From assembly GCA_033442325.1 (NCBI GenBank), contig JAWQFM010000002.1:179881-243880 (forward strand): DNA of 64,000 nucleotides, read 5' to 3'. Numbering within the stretch: the first letter of the stretch is position 1; the number at the start of each line of letters is the position of its first letter. This document shows, piece by piece, positions 1 through 28,661 of the stretch. A program made the position numbers and the translations under genes. The notes below the pieces were generated by a model. It ran no database searches, had not been told where the DNA came from, and saw nothing but the letters and a program-made list of their open reading frames with translations. This DNA is from Salpingoeca rosetta. Taxonomy: Eukaryota > Protista > Choanoflagellata.

Positions 1-18
1 AAAAAACGAAAAACGAAA

Positions 19-19
19 C

Positions 20-100
<81 letters not shown>
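19..100. repeat. (CA)n microsatellite, intronic in TAF1B; representative of dozens of CA/GT tracts in the window
   Basis: Seen directly. Other long tracts include 7470-7581, 17357-17512, 18561-18659, 23197-23355, 54668-54788 and 60289-60383. Confidence 0.98.
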
Positions 101-101
<1 letters not shown>

Positions 102-105
102 GCAC

Positions 106-3988
<3,883 letters not shown>

Positions 3989-4186
3989 GATGGATGAGAC
4001 GCGAGAGACAACCGAGCAGTTGAGGACTGTGTAGCGACAGCAAATAATGTAGTCGCAGGCAACACGGCATCCATTTCAACGATGAGCTGACTGATGAGGA
4101 GTGTGTGTGTCATCCAGGCACCACCCCACACCAACACACACTCAACACACTCAACACACTCACAACACACTCAACGCATCAAGACA

Positions 4187-4249
<63 letters not shown>

Positions 4250-4253
4250 CTGC

Positions 4254-7669
<3,416 letters not shown>

Positions 7670-8361
7670 TACGTTGCAGTGACGGGTGTGGCGCACACGT
7701 GCGCGTGGGTGTCTCTCTTGAGAACTCATGTTCTCGAGCGCACCTGCTCGTACTATTCGTTTTGTTGCACTGCCTCGTGTTGCTCTGCCCCCACTTATTC
7801 CCTGTTTCAACCCCCCCTCTCTCTTCTATTCACACACACACACACGCACACACAAAAGTGCACGCGCATTCCCTTCTCTCTTCCGTTTATGTTAACTTCC
7901 CGCTGCGTTTGCACTATCGACAACAACCAGAGACTTTGTAGTGCCACGTTTGCTTTGCCAATCGTTGTCCATACGCCATCTCTGGTCGCTTCCTGTTCAT
8001 TGACCGTTCTGACCCCCAGTTCTAACTGCCGCTGCTGCTACCCTCCACCCCGTTGTTCTACCTTCACGCCAGTTATTGTTGTTGTTGTTGGTGTTGCTGC
8101 TGGTGTTGCTGCACATGGTTCCTGGTATGAGGTCATGCTCACACAGCCAAACCAACGCGCGCACACAATACAAGTACACCCTCGCAAGTGCGTGCTAGCA
8201 CAAGCTTGATTGATGGCTCACAACTCATCAGGTGTAGCCGTTTATCTTGCGATAGAGGTCAAAATAAGTACGCGAGCAATTAATTTCGTTGAAGAAGAGG
8301 AAGGGTGTGCGTGTGTGTGTGTGCGTGTGTGTAGAGAAGATGTAGGGCGAACGAACGAACG

Positions 8362-8401
<40 letters not shown>

Positions 8402-8512
8402 GGGCAACGAACACCAAGAGGGGTCCACGTGTAACACACGACATTGGTCTACAGGAGACCACGACCACGACCCCCAACACCATGCAAAGCCACCAGCACC
8501 ATCCGCAGCACG

Positions 8513-8856
8513 TCAGCGCGCGTCGTCGCTTCTCCAGCGGCGAAAGGCGAGCATGAGCGCGCGGAGGCGGAGTGTTGTTCGGACGGTGGTGAAGGTGACA
8601 AGGCCGTGCGTGTGCACGTTGGGGGGAAGGCGTTGAATCAGCTCGTGGCTGTGGTGCAGAAACATTACTTCCTCCTCGGGCTGCAGTGCACACCGCACAA
8701 CATGGCCGTGGTAGTGTGCATGCGTGAATGCATGTGTGTGTGTGTGTGTGTGTAAATATGTGAATGGGTATGTTATGAGGGATGAGGGATAGGAAAGGGA
8801 ATGGGAACACAAAGGTTCAAAACAAAACACACGTACACACACGTACACACATGCAG

Positions 8857-8890
<34 letters not shown>

Positions 8891-9975
8891 GTGCACGTAC
8901 ACACGTACACACAGACACAGACACAGACACAGACACAGACACAGACACAGACACAGACACACACACACACAGACACACACACACACACACACACACAAAC
9001 GTAAAACACCCCCCCCCCCCACCCACACGCACACGCGCGCGAGTGCGCACCTTGAGCTCTTCAAAGCCGTGGATGGCGCGCCGATGCTGAAACCACTGGG
9101 TGAGCAACCGCAGGTCGTGCTTGTTAATACACAACCTGTGGAGCTGCACGCGGCACAGTGTTGGGCTCAGCCCGATGTAATTCTGAATGGGGAGATCGGG
9201 GGAGTGGGGGAAGGGGCGGCAGCAGTTGGTACCGGCATGGGCATGCTTGAAACACAACGTGTGTGAACGTCACGTCTGCTCAGAGGCAAGTAGCTCCGTA
9301 CACACGGGAAGAAGTGGCCGTGCAATCATGCACACAGACACACAGACACACAGACACACACACCACACACACACAGACAACACACAGGCACGCAGACACA
9401 GACACAGACACAAAACCAGACACAGACACACACACACGCACACACAGGCACACAGAAACACGAGGCAGGGCGGACCTGCTGCATAAAGGCGAGAAGTTCT
9501 GCTGTCACGTCAGCATGTGTGTCCAGCATTCGCGCCACTTCATCTGTCAGCTCAATCTTCCGCGCTGTGTAGTCGTCTTCAACCGTGTACGCTTCGCCTG
9601 TACACACATACACACGCATGCATGTGTGCAGCGTGATGCCAGGCGCAAAGTGAGAGACGTGAGTGCGTATGTATGTGCGTGCGTGTGCGTGTGTGTGCGT
9701 GTTTGTGTGTGCTTGTGCGCGTGTATGTGCACATGTGTGTGTGTGTGTGTCACCTTGTGCTGCTGTGAGTTGCATGGAGGGAAGGCCGTTCACTTCGATG
9801 ATGAATGGATCGCACGTGTCGTCCAGGATCACGTCGACACCCAGCAGCTGCGACAGGAGAGACAAAAGCGGGCGACAAAGAGAGATGCAGGCTCAGTATG
9901 GATGGATGACGAAGAATTGAAAGTAAGAGAGCTGCTGCGAGGAATTTGTGCAAACCAAGTCTCAGCAAGAGCCGC

Positions 9976-10026
<51 letters not shown>

Positions 10027-10039
10027 CAGACAGACGCAG

Positions 10040-10073
<34 letters not shown>

Positions 10074-11710
10074 ACACGCACACACGCACACACGCACACA
10101 CACACACAAACGCACAGATCATGTGCTCACTTGGAAGCAGCCTTCGCAGGAGGAACCAGCCATTCGTGCGTGGAAATGGGCGTGAAAGCGTGGTTCTGAA
10201 ACAAGCAGTAGACGCACAATGGCCTGAGAAGACAAAGATCATCGTGACGTGCAGTCGAGACAATGCGGTTATGCAGGCGATCAGTGTGTTGTCGAGCGCA
10301 TGTGAACTTGCAGAGAGCGGTTGGGGGATTGGAGGATTGGAGGGGGAGGGGGCGGCTTGGTGAGGTTGTGGGCACTTGCATACACACACGCACACGCGCG
10401 TACAAGAGTGTAAGTGCTCACCGCTTTGATTCGCTTGAACACACGCTTGCTGCCTAGTTTAGTCTGGTCGAGCCTGGGAGCACGTACGAGGACATGTGTG
10501 GGTGAATGGCTGCGTTGCTCATGAAGGCAAGTGCATGCAACGCACAGGCAAACAGCCCATTGCACAGGACCAGCGACAGAGAGACAGAGAGACAGACAGA
10601 CACACACACACACAGACATAGACACAAACACACATACAGAGGCAGGCATACACAGAGACAGGCATACACAGAGACAGGCATACACAGATACACGCCCGCA
10701 CACACACGCCCGCACACACACACACACACACTGACACAAATACGCAGTCAGACCATTGTTTGAAGCGAGAAAGGGTCCAGGTGAGGTCGCTGAGCGCTTT
10801 GTACTTCTTTCCTATTGATGTGTTGGTGAGATATTGCGATGGCTTTGACTTCTTCGTGTCCGTGCTGTACTTCTCAGCCGCAAGTCGTACCAGGCCTGCA
10901 ATGCACCCACAGAGGCACGTAGAGACAGAGGCACACAGATGCACACGCACACAAGAGCGAACGTGAGCCACAGCATTCATGAGGTGCGTGCTGTCCACAC
11001 ACCCACTCACACACAAAAATGCAGGCCTGCGTTGCCCAGTGCAGGGAGTGAAGCGACACCTTCGTGGAAGAGGTAGCAGGTGAGCGGGCTGATTGACGTC
11101 ACGAGCACATAGAGCCGCAAGTCAAACTTGTAACCGTTGATGAGCAATGGATTTGTGAGCAGTGGCTGTGCAATGGCGCCTTCCGTGAGGAACTTGCGCT
11201 TGCTGGATGCTTCCACATCACCAATGCTGTCTGCAATGAAGATGCCCCGCCCCTGTCATCCATGTACACGCAATGAATGGGTATGTGCACATGTGCACGA
11301 TGCGCAAGCCGTGTCAGAAGCAGTGGCGGCATCGTGATGACAGGTTGCAGCTCGAGAAACCGCTGCAGGGAGAGGGGTGATACCACAAGAAGCACCAAGA
11401 GAAGCAACAAGAGCACGGGTAGTCATCATGCATGTCCAATATATGCTCACCTCGCCGCGTGCTCGCGGTTTGATAATCCAGGGCTGCTGCGGCTGCTCTG
11501 CCATGGCGGCGCCCAAGGCGTCCAGCTCGCCAGGAAGAGAGAAGCACGGGAACACAAAGTTCAGCTGCCGTGGAGACAGGCCATACTCCTGCACTTGGCC
11601 ATACACACGCGCGAGGTGCAGAGGGTGGAGGCACACAGACATAGGTACACGCGTGAGGTGCAAAGGGTGAGATACACACATACACTGCATACAACTCACC
11701 ACGCACACAC

Positions 11711-11757
<47 letters not shown>

Positions 11758-12450
11758 CACACCACGCACACACCTTGATGGTTTGGCAGAGAGCATCCTT
11801 TTTCCAGAGGATGTTGCGCATGCCGCTGATCTGGTTGATGTGTTGTTGTTCTGTCATGCGCACGTGGCTCATGGGTGACAGGCACGTGCTGTCTTGGCGG
11901 CGCAGCCCCAAGCAGAAGAGGTGGGACCAGCCAGTCGTTCCTCTGTGCCGTTCGCTGACGCTCATTCCCGCATGCTCCTCTGCGACACTGTAGTTGCGCA
12001 GGCCATATGCCCTCCTCCATGCAGGTCCATCGCGATCCAGGTAGTACAGCTGTCCCCATGGTATGAAGAAAGGAAGGAAGGGAGGAAGGAAGGAAGGGAG
12101 GGAGGAAGGGAGGAAGGAAGGAAGGGAGGAAGGCAGGTATGTTGGGTGGTGACCTGGCAGTGAGCGAGATGCAGCCAAGAATGGGAAGAATCGCATGCCA
12201 GAGATAGGAGATGGCAAGCGCACGAGCAAGCGCACAAGCGCACAAGCGCACAAGCACACATCCGCTGCACAAGGCATGCACGGCACGATGCACGATTGTG
12301 TTCGCACTTGCTGGCTCTGCTTTGAGGACGCGCTTGGGGATTGTGGGTTGATGGAGGTGTCGACGAGCAGTAAGCGGTTATGGGCGGGGGTGCTCTCTGC
12401 AATGATGTGACGCACATGTTCCGCGACCACGCTATTCGTGTCTGCTGCTG
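8513..12450 (-). CDS. Tubulin-tyrosine-ligase-like (TTLL) ATP-grasp ligase, polyglutamylase-like; 5' end lies in the gap
   Basis: Spliced motifs INQISGMRNILWKKDAL, WIIKPRARGE|GRGIFI, QPLLTNPLLINGYKFDLRLYVLVTSISPLTCYLFHEG|LVRLAAEKY, YLTNTSI and CFQ|LLGVDVILD..PFIIEVNGLPSM. Stop at 8513. Confidence 0.9.
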
Positions 12451-12576
12451 CTTGAGTCACACCCACACCGACCACCACCACCACCACCACCACCAGTGCT
12501 GTGAGCATGATGTGTGTGTGTGTGTGTGTATGTTTGTGCATGTGTGTGTGTGTGTGTGTGTGTGTGTTTTTTGTGT

Positions 12577-12786
12577 NNNNNNNNNNNNNNNNNNNNNNNN
12601 NNNNNNNNNNNNNNNNNNNNNNNNNNNNNNNNNNNNNNNNNNNNNNNNNNNNNNNNNNNNNNNNNNNNNNNNNNNNNNNNNNNNNNNNNNNNNNNNNNNN
12701 NNNNNNNNNNNNNNNNNNNNNNNNNNNNNNNNNNNNNNNNNNNNNNNNNNNNNNNNNNNNNNNNNNNNNNNNNNNNNNNNNNNNNN
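12577..12786. other. Assembly gap (others: 1873-2332, 28753-28852, 30289-31022, 47239-47870, 50638-51431)
   Basis: Runs of N, mostly next to microsatellites or low-quality read ends. Confidence 0.99.
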
Positions 12787-12856
<70 letters not shown>

Positions 12857-12864
12857 ACGCTCAG

Positions 12865-12993
12865 CTGCAAGAGGAGAAGCAGAAGGAGGTTGATGCGAAG
12901 AAGAAGGAAATTGGCGCGCTTGATAAGCGTATGGGCGAGCTCAAGGCGCAGCTGTACGCCAAGTTCGGCAGCACCATCAACCTCGAGGCATAA
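12865..12993 (+). CDS. PFDN4: Prefoldin subunit 4, last exon (earlier exons in the gap)
   Basis: A CAG acceptor at 12864 is followed by LQEEKQKEVDAKKKEIGALDKRMGELKAQLYAKFGSTINLEA*. This matches the PFDN4/Gim3 C-terminal signature LKxxLYAKFGxxINLE. Confidence 0.9.
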   Translation: MQEEKQKEVDAKKKEIGALDKRMGELKAQLYAKFGSTINLEA

Positions 12994-13561
12994 GGCGGGC
13001 TGGCCAGTGCACGCAGATGCACATCCTATACCTCCTGTACACGCCCACCTGACCATGCACGCTTGCTCACACACATGCATGTGAGGCCTTCCTCTTCTTC
13101 GAGTAGCGTTTGTTGTGTTGTTGCCCCCTTCTTCCAACCCAGTCGTGGGATTTGGTTGTGCGCGAGTGTGGTGTGTGGTTTGTGTTGTCGTGTCATGCAT
13201 TGTCGCACGTATCCACAAGAAAGCAATACACGCTTGAGATGAATGCGCGCGCAAACGCAGACTAGGAGGCGAGCCAGCCTCGGTGACATTGCTGTGCCAC
13301 ATGTTCAGTTGGCAGCGAGAATACTGTGTACAGGAAGAAGCAAAGGGGTCCGGAGCGAGAAACAAAGCAGCAGCCGCCTCTCATCGCATATCGATACAGA
13401 CGGCGTTTTTGCAGCAAACCTAGAGTAGCTGATCACACAGAGAGGGAGAAGCCGATGTAGACAGGAAGAGTGCCTGAGTGACAAGGGTGACACAGACAGT
13501 CAGACAGTGACAAGAGTGACACAGACAGACAGACGAACACAAAGACACAGACATCACAGAG

Positions 13562-14408
13562 TCAGTGAGCAGAGGTGTGCGTGTTGGTGTCGTGCTCGCT
13601 GGCGTGGATGCGGTGCTGTTCCTGGCGGTATTTGGTGATATTGTAGTACGCAATGCCCGCAATGGACACAGCGAGGCCAAAGACGTTGAGTGTGGTCAGC
13701 TTGTTGTCTGGCGTGAACATGACGGCAACCACAATCGTGCAAATCTCCTTGATGATGCCCGCAACAGAGAGGGTCAGACTGAAGCCGCATTCAAGTTGCG
13801 TATGTGTGTGTGTGTGCGTGTGAGGTGGTGCAGGAACTTGAGAGCAAAAACACAAGGAAGAGCGAAGAAACGGCACCAGTACAAGGTGTACGTACACACA
13901 CACATACAAACATAGACACACATACACACACAGAGGCACAGATAGACAGACAGAAACACATACACGCGCACAGACACACACACAGACACACACACACACA
14001 CACAAGGCACACAGACATGCAGAGACGCCTGACCCCGAAGTGTTTGAGACGAGGAGAAATTCGCTGAGTGTGAGGAAGAATGCGAGGAGAGCGCCAAAGA
14101 GCAGCCACCACAGCGTCGCACTCGTAGCCGCGTGTGCACCGAACAGCAGATGCGTGGCAAGCAGTTCGTGGCCTATGGTTGGGGGGGGGGGTTGGGGGGT
14201 TGGGCAGTGGGATGCAGGGGGTAAGTGCAACGTGAGCTTCCGAACACACGTACACGCGTATTGTGATGGTGTGTGTGTGTGTGTGTGATGAATGCTGGAG
14301 TTGTCGTGAGGTCACCTTCAAAGTAGAGGGCGAACGGAAAGAGGGTGACGGCAATACACGGCATCACAAACGCCATCGTGTCCACGGGGTGTTTCAGCCC
14401 TGCAGCCG

Positions 14409-14458
<50 letters not shown>

Positions 14459-14983
14459 GTGCAACCAGGCGGTGGCTGCTGTGAGATGGTTGCGATTGAC
14501 ACTACTGTTGAATGACAACAACACCAACAACGAGAGAAGAACACCAACACCAACAACAAGAGAAGAACAACAACACCAACAACAAGAGAAGAACACCAAC
14601 ACCAACAACAAGAGAAGAACAACAACACCAACAACGAGAGAAGAACACCAAGAGCTACAAGAAGATCAACAAGAGCATCAACAGCGACAACACCACCATC
14701 ACCACAATGGCACGGCGGGTGCAAACCTAATCGCTCCTTCTCCTTGTGGAGGACGAGCTGTGTCAGCACCCACCGCAGGCCGCCCATCATCGACGCAGCC
14801 AACACCTGCACACGCACACACATATGAGCGTGGACGGAAACGTCTTCAGTGTTCATGTGGAAACGACGCACGCATGCGATGCACGTGTGTGTACGATATG
14901 TGTGTGTGATGTGTACGATATGTGTGTGATGTGTGTGTGTGTGTGTACGATATGTGTGCGTGTGTGTGATGTGTGTGTGTACG

Positions 14984-15036
<53 letters not shown>

Positions 15037-16803
15037 ATATGTGTGCGCACGAATGCGCGACCATGGCCGCGTATGCCGCGTACGCACGAGGAAGAATCCG
15101 ACAGAGTGGAACGTGATTCCCTCTTTGAGGCGGAAGAGGATGAGGCCCCCGGAGATCATGGCGATGACAACAACCAGCGGGCGCGACTGCACCGTGGTTG
15201 GCCGCCGCCCGGAGAGGAGGGGGGGGGGACAAGAGTGGTGGTGGGGTGAAGAGGGGGGGGGGATGTGAGCACGTGTGCTCAGGAGGAAATGACCGCACAC
15301 GAAAGGCTGTGACGGAGTGACACTGTCACACACACACACACACACACGTACACACATGTACACACACACACATGTACACACATGTACACACACAGATACA
15401 GACACACTCACACTCACACACGTATGTACACGAGGCGAGACATGTGTACCGGCTTCTCGAGTTTGAAAACGAAGGCTGCGAGGAGGAGCCAGACAACAAC
15501 TGTTGACTTGACCATCGTGTATCTGTCGGTGCCCCGAATTTGAATCATCATCAGCAGCAAGAGAAGCAGCCGTACACAGTTAGGTACACGCAGAGATACA
15601 GACAATCAGAGCGGATGGAGGCCTGAATACACACAGGCCCACACATACGCACACACAACACACACATACGCACACACAACGTATTGACACACGCGCTGCC
15701 CAAACGTTTTGTGGACGTACAAGGTGACGTTGATGAGGTTGAGGCTCATGTTCGAGAACCCAATATCCAGCGCAGATGTGACACCTGCGATGCCATCAAC
15801 AGCGAGGGGGTGGGGCGGCAAAGCGTCAATGCATGCAGATTGAGTCGTGCTGCAAGTGCAAAGGCGAAAGCTCGATGACAACGACCACCAGACAACACAT
15901 CTCAATCGCTGCACACACACACACACACTACCTGCTGGGCTGAGGGAGTAGAACCAGTCTGAAAAGGAGACGCGCGGGAGCTGCAGGCCTCGGACGTGGC
16001 GACGGTAAAGGCGATACGACCACGCCATACAACTCGTCAGCATGGCATGACAGAACGTGACGAAGAGGGGCGTGTCTAAACCGTAGCTCTGCGGCAACGT
16101 GCGTGCGCCATGTGTGTGCGTGTGATGGGGGAGGGGGGGATACAAACACGTTGAGGGGGTACAGTCACGTTGTTGATGGTGGCGTCATAGGGATGGCAAG
16201 AGCGATGTACAGGGGTTGGTATGCTGTGGGTTGATGCACAAGACCGCGACACCAGCACGCACATTGACACGCACACGCACACGCACATTGACACACGCAC
16301 ACGCACATTGACACACGCACACGCACATTGACACACGCACACGCACACGCACACGCACACGCACACGCACACGCACACACCCATACACGCACAAAATAAA
16401 CGTGGTGTACCTTGAAGAGCCATTTGTTGTAGAAGGTGAGGCCTATGGAGAAGACATACCAGAGGAGAACAAGCCCCACCACGACAATCATGCGTCGAAT
16501 CAAGAGTACTCTTTCCCCGGACGCAGTCAGTGGCTCCACGTGCGTGTGCTGCCGATCGAGAAGCGGGTCATCGTCGTGTGTGTTGAAGTCATCTCCAATG
16601 TTGGCGACACTACCACTGCCACCGTCATGACCATCAGCGCCATCTACATCATCTACGCCGTAGTGGTGGCGGCGGTGCGGCGCACCGTTTGTCATCTCCC
16701 TAACATGCTGGTCGATGTCTGTCTCTGCCAACAGCAGCGGCTCGAAGCCGCCATCCTCACCGCCAGTATGGTTGCGCCCCTTCCGGCCATGTCCACCAGC
16801 CAT
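13562..16803 (-). CDS. SLC35C2: Nucleotide-sugar transporter, triose-phosphate-transporter family, SLC35C2-like
   Basis: About 9 exons: WYVFSIGLTFYNKWLFK, PLFVTFCH, ALDIGFSNMSL, YTMVKST, MGGLRWVLTQLVLHKEK, HPVDTMAFVMP, LAFFLTLSEFLLVSNTSG|LTLSVAGIIKE. ATG at 16803. Confidence 0.88.
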
Positions 16804-17354
16804 CCCCAGCACGTCGTCACTGGGAGAGTGTATGTGCGTGTGTGGACGTATGTATTTGTGTGTGTGTGTATGTGCGTGTGTCGCAGCGAATGCTCCACCA
16901 ACACACAAAGCGAGCGAGCAGCGGCTGATCAAGGGGCCGGTTTGCGACACCACAAATAAAACTTGGCTTGGCTGCTGCTGTTTGCTGCTTCTTTGTGGGG
17001 TGGGGCAAAACATACACACAACGCACAACACACAACACACACCACACAACAACAACATCACACTCGCCCACCCACCTATTGGCTGGTTGCCTTGCTTGCT
17101 TGTCAATCATCAAGGGCTCTCTGCTGTGATCTCACGCAACACACGACAGGCACAACATTGTAAACAAGCAAAAGGTTGGTGTGGTTGCTGTGGTGGTTGA
17201 TTGTGTGGTCTCGCCCTGCTGCTGTTGGGTGTCTGGTTTGGCGCTTCTTTTTGTAGGTGTTGTTGTTGTTCTTGTCCTTGTCGTCGCAATCACTCCGCCA
17301 CCGCCCACCCCTTGCTTGTCACATCAACGTAACCAACTCCCCCCTCCCCCTTTC

Positions 17355-17513
<159 letters not shown>

Positions 17514-17653
17514 GCACACACAAGCACACAAGCACAAACAAACGACAGACAGTATAAACACACGCCCGTTGACTCCATCATTGGCGTCATTGTTGTCGTG
17601 ACCGTCGCTAACGGCATCAGCATCACCACCGTCATCACCAGCATCCCCGCGCC

Positions 17654-24603
<6,950 letters not shown>

Positions 24604-24965
24604 GCACGTGCTAGCGTTATTCGCTGCAAGCCACGTGCCATGGTGTACTGCCTGTTTGTGTTCTGTTGTTAACGCTTTGTGTTCGCCTGCTGTTCATGTG
24701 CTCGTGCGTTGGTTGCTGATTCATCCATGCCCGTGTTTTTGCTTCCTTCCTCTTTTTCTTGAAAGAGCGTACGTGACTGCGACGACGACCAGTCGTTTTA
24801 AGTGCTCGAATTCGTGCTCGCTTGTGTGTATGTGTGTGTGTTTGTCTTTGCATGTGTTTCCTTTCGTTTTGGAGTGAACCGGTTGCATTCTTGCACAAGG
24901 TGGATTGATGTACACATTGCTTCATGGTCTGTCATACACACGCGCGTGTGCTTCAACCACGAACC

Positions 24966-25042
<77 letters not shown>

Positions 25043-25187
25043 CCACAGACACACACACACACACACACACACAACAGCGCTTGATTGAGCGAATGAGGCG
25101 ATACGAACGAACAAAAGGATCGAGTAACCAGCAGCAGCACCACCAACAACATCAACAACACCAACAAATGACGGCATTTAACATGGG

Positions 25188-25951
25188 TCAGAAGATGGTG
25201 CCGAGGCTGGTGACCCATGTGACGAGAAGTGGATGCACGCGCGCAGTGTGTTCAAACTCAGCCAGGTCCATCCTACAGTGCGTGTTGGGGAGACAAAGGA
25301 ATGGCGTGAAGCTGTGAGTGAACAGCGCCTGGGGCGGCGGTCATAACTGCAGCCCTGCTGATGAGCTGGGAAGGAAGGAAGGAAGGAAGGAAGGAAGCCA
25401 CAGCGAGCAGCGCACCTGTCTCTGTTGTTGAAGATGCGATTGACAAACATGACGACAGCGTCGCCGCCTTTGCTGCTCAGTTCTGGTGTGGCGTGGAGGC
25501 TCGAAGCACTAACAGCGAGGTGATGGTGGTGATTGTGGTGATTGTGGTGATTGTGGTGGTGGTGTGGGGCTGCCACGTGAACAAGAGGGGCAGGGACGAG
25601 AAAGAGGAGAGAGAGGGGACAGCTACGACGCCAGGCGTCAAATAAGCGCACCGAGGGAGCGTGACAAGCCTGCAACCAGCAGGCGAACAAGCAAGCAATT
25701 GCACGCACGCGTGCGTTGGTGTTGGGGTCCAGTCGTGTTGGTCGAGGTGCATGGCCGCATCAGCGCCTTTGGTCGGCGGCGTGTCGGATGGAAGCCCAAT
25801 CGGTGCTGTGAAGAGCGCCGAGACGGGCTTAGACCCCGCATCGTCCAGCGACTGCACCTGTGCGTATGCCATAAGTGAACGTTACAAGTGTGTGTATGTG
25901 TGCGTATGTGTGTGCATGTGTGTGTGCGTGCGTGCATGTGTGTGTGTGTGC

Positions 25952-26009
<58 letters not shown>

Positions 26010-26395
26010 CTTCCTCTCTTGCCATTTCGCTCTGCAGCCCGGAGACGAGATCCGTCACTTGCAAGACGGTGAGTTCCAGAAACGCCTGCAGTCATCAACA
26101 GCAAACACAACGATCAGCCACAGCAAAGCATTGTGATGCTGCTGCTGTTGTGTGTGCTTGTGTGTGTGTGTGCGCGCGTGTGTGTGTGTGCGTACTCGGA
26201 GGATGGCGATGAGATCGTCTGGGACGAGATGGCCGCGCTGGTCAAGGTCCATTCCCCGAAACGCAACTGCACACACGTGCATATATGAAGGAGATGGTGA
26301 TGACGACGGGTTGCGTCGGACAAGGCAGCGCTCAGAACGAGGCCATGCAAATTACAATGCTGAGCTCACCAAGAACAGAGGCGATTCCAAGAACG

Positions 26396-26486
<91 letters not shown>

Positions 26487-28613
26487 ACACACACAGACAC
26501 ACACACACACAGAGACACACACACAGACACAAATGCGCACGTCTCATCTTCTCGTCGTATGATCCGTGTTCAAGCACCGCCATCGTGCCAAGCATGTCCG
26601 CAAAGCCCACAATCCCGTCTCCGTCTCGATCAAACAGCTGATTGTGGCGGGTGGTGTGTCGATAAGTGTCGTGTCGCGCCGCGTAATGCGAGGTGAGTGG
26701 CAATGGCAGGGAGACGGTCAGGCATATGTCGGGCCATGTACACAGACACACACACACACAGACACACACACACACAGACACACACATATATACACACACA
26801 CACTTGCATACACACACACACACGTACACACAAACACATACACAGACACACACGTACACACACACACACACGTACACACAAACACATACACAGACACACA
26901 CGAACACACAGACACACGCGTACACACAGACACAAACAGACATATCCCCGCTGCCCGTGCGCATCTTACAAAGAACAGCCTGTCGACAATGAGGTTTGGG
27001 CGGGCGGCATATTCGCCCATGAGTTCACGAAATCGGGCGGGTGAAACACCAGGCGGATCGCTGCTGTCAGCGACGAGTTGAAACTCGCTGAAATACGCCG
27101 TGATGGTGCTGCGGCTCACTGTACGCCATGGCCACGCCGCGCAAGAGGCATGTGCAGGCATGTGTAGGCATAAGTGTGTGTGTGTGTGTGTGAATATATG
27201 TGTGCGTTGTTTTTGTGTACAGTGTGTGTGTGTGAATGTGTGTGTGTGTGTGTGAATGTGTGTGTGTTGTATGTGTGTACAGTGTGTGTGTGTGTGGTGT
27301 GTCGTGCGTGCATGCATGTATCAATAGGGTGTGCAGGAGTTGCGCGTGGGAGCACTCGGACATCGCTGCCGACGCTTTGCTGTCTTTCGCTCAGAGTGCG
27401 GACTCTGCCATGTTGTCACGTACGATTGAAGAACGCTTCCAAGTTCTTCAGGCTTTCCCACAGGATCTTCTGCTTTGGTTGCGCAGTTCCTGGCACCGTG
27501 CAGGGCGGCATACCGTGGTGGGATGTGTGTGCAGGTTTGCGACATGTGCATGCACTTGTGTTTGTATCAAAACACATAGACACAGACAGACAGACACATA
27601 CAGACAGACAGACACATACACACATAGACACACACACAGACATACACACATACACATACATCTCATGTGTGCCGGACCAAAGTCGCAGACCTGGAAAGAG
27701 CTGTGGGCAGAGGGGTTTTCGCGGGTTGAGGCGCGGTGGAACGACGTTGTTGAGCTTGATGAAGACGTGCTTTGGGTTGTGCACCTCCTGCAGCTCACAA
27801 TCTGCGCACAAGTCAAAGTCTGGGCAATTGGCGCACTGCAAGCACGCATTTGGACGAAAGGGCCGTTGCATGAGAGGCAGGGTGTGTTCACCAATGAAAC
27901 AGCACACACAGACACACCGACACAGGTAGGCAGACCAACAGATACACAGGTAGACAGACGATCAGACAGACACACGCACACACGTACACAGACACAGACA
28001 CAGACACAGACACAGACACAGACACAGACACAGACACACACACACACACGTACACAGACACAGACACACACACACACACCTTGTATCTGATGCCTTTGAT
28101 AGGTGTGGCTTTGCAGTGGTTACACGCGACACCACGATGCACAACGCCATCTATTCAACATAGGTGCAGGCAGGTGAGAAGGGTGGTGGGTATACATGAC
28201 AGACAAGGTGGTGGTGCTGTGTGAGGGTAAGTGGATGTGCGTCGTGCTTGCAGCTCGTACCGCGCAACGTCAAGTCCTCAGCGACATGAAAGACCATGGA
28301 TAGCAGGTCTTCTTTTGATGCGTCCACCAGCGTCTGCTCCGAGAGCGTCAGTCATGGAACCAATGCAGGGTGTGAGGGTGCGCACTTGTGTGCGGTGGCT
28401 GTTCGAGCCAAGAGGCGTGTCGATACACACGCAAACACAGACACAGACACAGCACAGAGACGCAGACGGAGACAAAGGTGCAGGGGAACGGAGACATGTG
28501 CACCCATGCTCTCACAGACACAGACACACACCTACACAGTGACACAGACACAGACACAGACACAGACACAGACACAGACACAGACACAGACAGAGACACA
28601 GACACAGACAGAG

Positions 28614-28661
<48 letters not shown>

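Noticed and set aside
14515-14700. Degenerate AACACCAACAACAAGAGAAG repeats (similar at 33320-33560) as a mobile element or coding repeat
   Set aside because: They lie inside introns bounded by in-phase exons, with no terminal repeats or transposase.
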